Assembly (NCBI GenBank): GCA_900549445.1
Contig: UROS01000001.1
Span: 1 to 53,177, forward strand
Direction: 5' to 3'
Origin: an uncultured Porphyromonadaceae bacterium
GTDB taxonomy: Bacteria > Bacteroidota > Bacteroidia > Bacteroidales > Muribaculaceae
DNA length: 53,177 nucleotides
In this document: in pieces, positions 47,919 through 53,177 of the stretch
Position numbering within the stretch: position 1 is the stretch's first letter
Layout of the letters: every line of letters starts with the position of its first letter
Notes under the pieces: model-generated
The model's input: the letters and a program-made list of their open reading frames with translations, nothing else
Told to the model about the DNA's origin: nothing
Databases searched by the model: none
Made by a program: the position numbers and the translations under genes

Positions 47919-48881
47919 TTACTGAACTTCGACCATACGCGGGGTGACGGTGGCCGGAAGGATTCCTGTCGACATTATTATCTTCTGTCCCTGGAACCCG
48001 GTTACGAAACTGAAGAATCTGTGGCCCACGGTTCCGCCGGGAGTAGTGGTGACCATATAGACGGAGCGGTAGAGCGGGTATGAGCCGTCGTAGATGTATG
48101 CCTGATAGGGGCGGTAGGCTGTCACTTCGCCGTTGCCGCGGATTTTCAGTACTTTGATGTCCTTGTTGAAATCGAGCGCCAGAGTATCGCTTTCCTCACT
48201 GTAGGCGGCGAGCTCCTCGGCGCTGCGCTGGCGGCTGCTCATATCGCCGGTAACCCAGCTCACGCCAATCACTCCGAGGGCATTTTTGTTGTCGGCCACG
48301 GCCTTGAATACCTCGGCGTTGTTTTTCTTGGCAAACACGTTGGGGCCGAGCTTCCCGCCGCCGAGAATGGAGTCGCGCATGTATTTTACAGTCGACGAGC
48401 CCTGATGGTCGAATATGATGTCGATGTCGCCGAGTTTGCACGGCTCAACCTGATCCCATCGTGTCACTTCGCCTGAAAGGATCTCGGCGATGTCTTTTTT
48501 CGACATTATTTCAACCGGATTGGCTGGATTGACGATGAGAGCAATCGCGTCGACGGCTATTTTTTTCTGGTTCACCACTTTCTTGTGGCTGCGCAGGTAT
48601 TCCACTTCTTTTTCGGTAAGCGGACGGGTTATCACGGCGCTTTTATAGTCTGTAAGGCTCAGCAGCGAATCGATTGCCTCGTTTTCGGGCATATACTTCA
48701 CGAGGATGTCTTCCTTCGGGTATATGTATTCGTAAACGGCAACCTCCTGCTCCATAATGTTTTCGAAGGTTTCGTCGCAGGCTATTTTAGCGAAAGTAGG
48801 GGCGCTTTTTGTCTCCTTGCCGCCGCATCCGGTGGCTGCGAGAGCCGCGGCGACGGCAAAAATCAGAAATGTTTTTTTCAT
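47919..48881 (-). CDS. PstS-family substrate-binding lipoprotein
   Basis: Lipobox ATGC; IA.DAIALIVNP.NP, G...W, SST, ALGVIG, YPLYR. Confidence 0.85.
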   Translation of the reverse strand: MKKTFLIFAVAAALAATGCGGKETKSAPTFAKIACDETFENIMEQEVAVYEYIYPKEDILVKYMPENEAIDSLLSLTDYKSAVITRPLTEKEVEYLRSHKKVVNQKKIAVDAIALIVNPANPVEIMSKKDIAEILSGEVTRWDQVEPCKLGDIDIIFDHQGSSTVKYMRDSILGGGKLGPNVFAKKNNAEVFKAVADNKNALGVIGVSWVTGDMSSRQRSAEELAAYSEESDTLALDFNKDIKVLKIRGNGEVTAYRPYQAYIYDGSYPLYRSVYMVTTTPGGTVGHRFFSFVTGFQGQKIIMSTGILPATVTPRMVEVQ

Positions 48882-49171
48882 GCTTTGGTGGGATTATTGT
48901 TGTCCTCATAGACTTCATCGTCATCATCGTCGTCGGAACTGTTGCCGTAGCCGGCGTCGATGCCCTTGAACTGGCGGTAGGCTCTCCAGAGACCGTAGAC
49001 GGTAAACATAGCGCCGCCTACCCATCGCACCCACGCCCACTTTCCGTAGAAAAGGTCGTTGAAAAAGCCGCAGAAAAACAGCGCGGCCATTCCGAGGTAA
49101 ACGATTATCATGATGATGCCGAAGATGTTGCGCATCATTGCCGGTGTCCCGGATTTAATATCTTTTCCCAT
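48878..49171 (-). CDS. Small two-TM hypothetical membrane protein
   Basis: FGIIMIIVYLGM...YGLWRAYR with acidic tail; overlaps the pstS-like start (ATGA); start moved to MGKDIK. Confidence 0.8.
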   Translation of the reverse strand: MGKDIKSGTPAMMRNIFGIIMIIVYLGMAALFFCGFFNDLFYGKWAWVRWVGGAMFTVYGLWRAYRQFKGIDAGYGNSSDDDDDDEVYEDNNNPTKA

Positions 49172-49349
49172 AAATAAATGTTTTATTTGACGTTGAATAA
49201 TCGAAGAATCTTGAATTATTAACATCTTTCGGCGTTCAATTGTTTGGTTTGAACCGCATCTTTCACACGCCGCTGTAAATTTACTCAAAAAATCTCATCC
49301 GCCCGCAATTTAACTTAAATAAAAAATGGGGGAAAGGGGAGGAAGAACT

Positions 49350-49562
49350 CTATTCGTTGAGAAATTCGGTAACGATTGCGGGATCGCCAAGCATGCTCAT
49401 CAGCGAGCCCGGGGTGCGGAACTGTGCATAGGTTTTGCTCTTGATGAAACGGCGGAAAGCCTCGTAGTTTGAAACTCCGAGCTCTTTTGCGAGCCGGCAT
49501 ACTATGGTGCCGGTTTGTGTAGCGGTGAGAATCCAATGCAGTTCAAGTTCTTTTTCACTCAT
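49350..49562 (-). CDS. Small DUF3791-like protein
   Basis: 70 aa, LAKELGVS..EAF..F..SKTY; start overlaps the end of the DUF3990 gene. Confidence 0.6.
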   Translation of the reverse strand: MSEKELELHWILTATQTGTIVCRLAKELGVSNYEAFRRFIKSKTYAQFRTPGSLMSMLGDPAIVTEFLNE

Positions 49563-50061
49563 TGTCGGATAATTTGTGATATGTTTCAAACAAAAGGTAT
49601 CGGTCGGCCAGCTCCTGATTCAACAGGCAAATCTGATTCGCCGGTTTATAATATTGCAACCTTGTGAGGGCGTCGTCAGCCGAAATATATCCACCCATGT
49701 AGAGCCGGACGGTATTGATTACGCGATCGTCGGCCACTCCTCCTTCAATGTAATCATAATCATCCCAAGGTCTGTTCCCAAGACGACTTTGCGTAACAAA
49801 TTCAAGCCAATCCACATCGTATCTTTCAAAAATAAGCGATTTACAATCAGAGAGGAGGTCTCTCTGCCTAAGATGATATACGTTTAGGACGGGAGGCAAC
49901 TGACGGGCGTCGGCAATCTTAAACGCCCAGTCTTTCGCCTGCGTGAAAATGTCGGTCACATAGAAGCCGGGCCCGAAATCGAGATCAGGTCTCCCCACAT
50001 CGACTCTCGGCTTCTGTATTATGTCAGTTCCGCCATGATAAACGGTAAGTATATCAAACAT
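49555..50061 (-). CDS. DUF3990 family protein
   Basis: VYHG, DFGPGFYVT..QA..WA, WLEFV..R, YDYIEG.VADD, NQIC. Confidence 0.85.
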   Translation of the reverse strand: MFDILTVYHGGTDIIQKPRVDVGRPDLDFGPGFYVTDIFTQAKDWAFKIADARQLPPVLNVYHLRQRDLLSDCKSLIFERYDVDWLEFVTQSRLGNRPWDDYDYIEGGVADDRVINTVRLYMGGYISADDALTRLQYYKPANQICLLNQELADRYLLFETYHKLSDNE

Positions 50062-50344
50062 TTTCAGTTCGGTTTAAATCTGTTTTGGCTTCACGGTTAA
50101 GAAGTACCTTTCTGAGGTCGGAAACTATGTTATCCATGCTTTCCGTGTGGAGCACGTTATAGTGGATCAAGATATATTTTTCAGTCATATCGGCTTTTTC
50201 CAAGCGGTTGAACATCCTGATATAATTGCAGTTTTCCGCTCTGGCCAGAGCCTCGACGCACTGCGACAGGAAGCCGAACCGGATTTCGTCGTCGTTGAGC
50301 TGAATCCAGGTTTTGCCGGAATGAATATCTTTTTCTGCTTTCAT
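50054..50344 (-). CDS. DUF3791 family protein
   Basis: F...CVE.LA......F..L......YI..HY.VLHTES...V; overlaps the DUF3990 start. Confidence 0.78.
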   Translation of the reverse strand: MKAEKDIHSGKTWIQLNDDEIRFGFLSQCVEALARAENCNYIRMFNRLEKADMTEKYILIHYNVLHTESMDNIVSDLRKVLLNREAKTDLNRTENV

Positions 50345-50360
50345 CGTTAGATAATTAACA

Positions 50361-50393
50361 GAGGCGCTGGCACGTTTGTTGCGCCAACGCCTC
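50361..50393 (-). terminator. Hairpin after the CoA-transferase gene
   Basis: GAGGCG.TGGC...GCCA.CGCCTC stem followed by TGTTAATT on the minus strand. Confidence 0.55.
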
Positions 50394-50421
50394 GGATTAT
50401 GGGGTCAGACGGAGTGATGCG

Positions 50422-51921
50422 TCAGGCGAATTTAGAAAAATCGACGTTGCGCATGTCGCCGCTCTCGAGGAATTCAGTGTGGAAAGCGAGCGAGGCGCGC
50501 AGGGTGTGGGGCGTCTGGCCGCCGGTCTTCTCGGCAAGGCGCAGATAGTCGCGGAGCATTTCGCGGTACATGGGGTGAGCGCAGTTGTCGATGATTTCGT
50601 GGGCGCGCTGTACCGGGTCTTTTCCGCGGAGGTCGGCCACGCCCTGGTCGGTGATGATGATGTCGACCGAATGTTCGGTGTGGTCCACGTGCGACACCAT
50701 CGGCACGATGTTTGAGATCTTGCCTTCTTTCGTCACCGAGGGGCATGAGAAAATCGACAGGTATGCGTTGCGGGTAAAGTCGCCCGAACCGCCGATTCCG
50801 TTCATCATCTTTGTGCCGGTGATGTGGGTCGAGTTGATGTTGCCGAAGATGTCGGCCTCGATGGCGGTGTTCATGGCAATCACGCCGAGTCGGCGGATAA
50901 CCTCGGGACTGTTGGAGATTTCAGCCGGACGGACAACGAGCTTTTCCTTGAAGAATTCGATGTTGCTGATGACTTCGTCCTCCACTTCGTTCGATACGGT
51001 GATGGAGCAGGTGCTGCCGAATTTGCAGCGGCCTTTCTTCATGAGGTCGATTACGGCGTCCTGAAGTACCTCGGTATACATCTCGAACGGAGGAATCTCC
51101 TTGGCGTCGGCAAGACCGTAGAGCACGGCGTTTGCCACGTTGCCTACTCCCGACTGGATGGGGAGGAAAGTGGAGGGAATTCTGCCCATGCGCATTTCGT
51201 TGATAAGGAACGAGCAGACGTTGCCGCCGATATGCATGGTGGTGTCGTCGGGGGCGGTGAATGATTTCACTCCTTCGTAATTGTCGCTCATCACTACGCC
51301 GACTATCTTCTCCGGGTCGATTTTCAGCACGGGCGAGCCTATGTGGTCGCTGGGCTTGAAAATCGGAATCTCGCTGCGGTAAGGCGGATCGAGCGGCAGA
51401 TAGATGTCGTGGAGACCGTAGAGTTTGTGCTGCAGCTTCTCGTTGAGCTCGATTATGATTTTCTTCGCGTATTTTGCGTAGGTGGGCACGTTGCCCACGC
51501 CGGTACCTACAACTGCGGTGCCGTCGTCTTGAATATCAGACACTTCGATTACCGCCAGGTCGAGCTCGCCGAAGAATCCGTAGCGGAATTTCTGGGCGAG
51601 TTCCGAGAGGTGAAGGTCGAAATAGTGGGCGTCGTGCGCGTTGATTCGTTTGCGGAGGTCGGGAAGATTCTGGTAAGGGGTGCGCATGCCTATGGCGTTG
51701 GCGCGGGCAAGAACGCCGTCGCAGCGGTCGCTGGTCGAAGCGCCGGTGAAGATATTGATTTTAAAAGGTTTGCCTTCTTCGTGGAGCTTCTCTGCCTTTG
51801 CGGCCACTGCTCCGGGCACCATTTTGGGCGCTCCCGGTGCGGTGAAGCCTGAAAAGCCTACCTTGCAGCCGTCGAAAAATAATTCGGCAGCTTCTTCGGG
51901 GGATAGAATGGGAAATCTCAT
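50422..51921 (-). CDS. Succinate CoA-transferase / acetyl-CoA hydrolase family (ScpC/AarC-like)
   Basis: GFSGFT, TGAST, DLHLS, QSGVGNVANAV, YTEVLQD, MNGIGGSGDF, CAHP.Y. Confidence 0.92.
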   Translation of the reverse strand: MRFPILSPEEAAELFFDGCKVGFSGFTAPGAPKMVPGAVAAKAEKLHEEGKPFKINIFTGASTSDRCDGVLARANAIGMRTPYQNLPDLRKRINAHDAHYFDLHLSELAQKFRYGFFGELDLAVIEVSDIQDDGTAVVGTGVGNVPTYAKYAKKIIIELNEKLQHKLYGLHDIYLPLDPPYRSEIPIFKPSDHIGSPVLKIDPEKIVGVVMSDNYEGVKSFTAPDDTTMHIGGNVCSFLINEMRMGRIPSTFLPIQSGVGNVANAVLYGLADAKEIPPFEMYTEVLQDAVIDLMKKGRCKFGSTCSITVSNEVEDEVISNIEFFKEKLVVRPAEISNSPEVIRRLGVIAMNTAIEADIFGNINSTHITGTKMMNGIGGSGDFTRNAYLSIFSCPSVTKEGKISNIVPMVSHVDHTEHSVDIIITDQGVADLRGKDPVQRAHEIIDNCAHPMYREMLRDYLRLAEKTGGQTPHTLRASLAFHTEFLESGDMRNVDFSKFA

Positions 51922-51962
51922 CGTCTGTTTTATTGAAGTTGTATTATGTTTATGACTGGTTA

Positions 51963-52352
51963 TTAGAATTTAGGGGTGAGAATCTGCGAGTCGATTATCG
52001 ACTGACGCCAGCGTGCGTAGTGTTCCGCAGCAGCTTTGCCGGATTTCCGCTCAACAGGCGTCATCGGGCTTCCGTTGTCGGCTGTTACGCGGGCACCTTC
52101 CTCCGCTTGAATCTCTATCGGTTTGTATTCCACGGTCTTGCGCTCCGGTTTTTGCTCGCGCTTTTTCGCCGGTTCAGGAACGTGTATTTTGAATTTTTCG
52201 TGATGGACAGGTTCCGGAACAGCAGGTTCCGGAAATGGGGGCGGAGCCATTGTTCTCTTTAGCTCCGGCTTCGGCTTGTTTTGCTTTTCTTTTATGTAGC
52301 CTATGATTCCACCGATGAGAGTAATCACTATAGCTATGATTATATCTTCCAT
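51963..52352 (-). CDS. Hypothetical membrane-anchored protein with Pro-rich linker
   Basis: N-terminal TM helix; C-terminal WRQSII.S.IL.PKF; upstream TAAATTTG at 52388-52381. Confidence 0.75.
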   Translation of the reverse strand: MEDIIIAIVITLIGGIIGYIKEKQNKPKPELKRTMAPPPFPEPAVPEPVHHEKFKIHVPEPAKKREQKPERKTVEYKPIEIQAEEGARVTADNGSPMTPVERKSGKAAAEHYARWRQSIIDSQILTPKF

Positions 52353-52436
52353 CCAGACGAATTTTTTCGTAAATTTGTGGCAAATTTAATCATTTCCACG
52401 ATTATAAGCAAAGTTTTTAATAGCCAATTTACTCCT

Positions 52437-53177
52437 ATGACCGATATACCGGAAGTTCATAAACTTTATATCGAGACCTACGGCTGTCAGATGAACGTGG
52501 CCGACAGCGAGGTCGTCGCTTCAATCATGGGCATGGCCGGTTACGAAATGGCCGAAAGCGCCGAAGATGCCGACGCCGTGCTGCTCAACACCTGCTCTAT
52601 CCGCGACAATGCCGAGCAGAAAATCCTCTCGCGGCTTGCGTTTCTCAACTCTCTGCGCCGCAAACGTCCCCGTCACCTTCCCCGCCTGATAATCGGCGTG
52701 ATAGGATGCATGGCCGAGAGGGTCAGGGAAGACCTTGTGGCCAACCACGGCGTTGACCTCGTGGCCGGCCCCGATTCCTATCTCGACCTCCCGGCGCTTT
52801 TCGAGTCGGTGAAGGCCGGACATCCCGCCGTCAGCGTAGAACTCAGCACCACCGAGACTTACCGCGACGTGATTCCAGTGAGAATCGGCCCGAACACCGT
52901 GTCGGGCTTCATCAGCATCATGCGCGGATGCAACAATTTCTGCTCCTACTGCATCGTGCCTTATACCCGCGGCCGAGAGCGCTCGCGCGAGCCGCAGAGC
53001 ATACTCAACGAGCTTGCCGACCTCCGCTCCCGCGGCTTCCGCGAGGTCACGCTTCTGGGACAGAACGTGAACAGCTATCTCTATACCGACCCCACGACTG
53101 GCGAAAAACTCGGTTTTGCCGGACTCCTTGCCTCGGTGGCAGATGCGGCCGGCCACGGCATGCGTGTCAGATTCACC
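52437..53177 (+). CDS. miaB: tRNA-2-methylthio-N6-dimethylallyladenosine synthase, N-terminal part (runs off window; absent from the ORF track)
   Basis: Manual translation gives MTDIPEVHKLYIETYGCQMNVADSE, LLNTCSIRDNAE, GCMAER, MRGCNNFCSYCIVPYTRGRERSR, LLGQNVNSY. Confidence 0.95.
   Translation, partial: MTDIPEVHKLYIETYGCQMNVADSEVVASIMGMAGYEMAESAEDADAVLLNTCSIRDNAEQKILSRLAFLNSLRRKRPRHLPRLIIGVIGCMAERVREDLVANHGVDLVAGPDSYLDLPALFESVKAGHPAVSVELSTTETYRDVIPVRIGPNTVSGFISIMRGCNNFCSYCIVPYTRGRERSREPQSILNELADLRSRGFREVTLLGQNVNSYLYTDPTTGEKLGFAGLLASVADAAGHGMRVRFT

Noticed and set aside
52521..53156. 211-aa minus-strand ORF
   Set aside because: Shadow of miaB, which is on the plus strand and runs off the window.

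Overview
Bacteroidales chromosomal window (gene content, TAnnTTTG promoters and short T9SS-type C-termini fit a gut Muribaculaceae-like genome; the taxonomy is an inference). The left 23 kb and the right 7 kb are mostly housekeeping: korAB, era, fabH-rpmF-yceD, yigZ-queA-truB-uppP-ftsX, tcdA, the Na+-pumping methylmalonyl-CoA decarboxylase operon, dnaK, TPR/PstS-like genes, a succinate CoA-transferase and partial miaB. An accessory zone lies downstream of dnaK. The most striking feature is a 4.4-kb element (25183-29586). It has TATA termini, imperfect terminal inverted repeats, a GATG target duplication and arrays of repeated end motifs. It encodes only a prohead protease/scaffold, a major capsid protein and three small proteins, plus a C4-like antisense RNA switch and a candidate sRNA. 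It has no integrase, transposase, portal, large terminase or tail gene. It looks like a non-autonomous, capsid-forming transposable satellite of a Mu-like phage. The second highlight is a vWA / tubulin-like GTPase operon whose third gene appears to be a degenerate tubulin paralogue carrying a papain protease and a membrane hairpin. Also present: an EVE-like/HD fusion, a REPIN-like repeat, a DUF3791-DUF3990-DUF3791 module and several T9SS-type surface proteins. No CRISPR array, tRNA or rRNA was seen. All family assignments come from motif recognition, not database searches.
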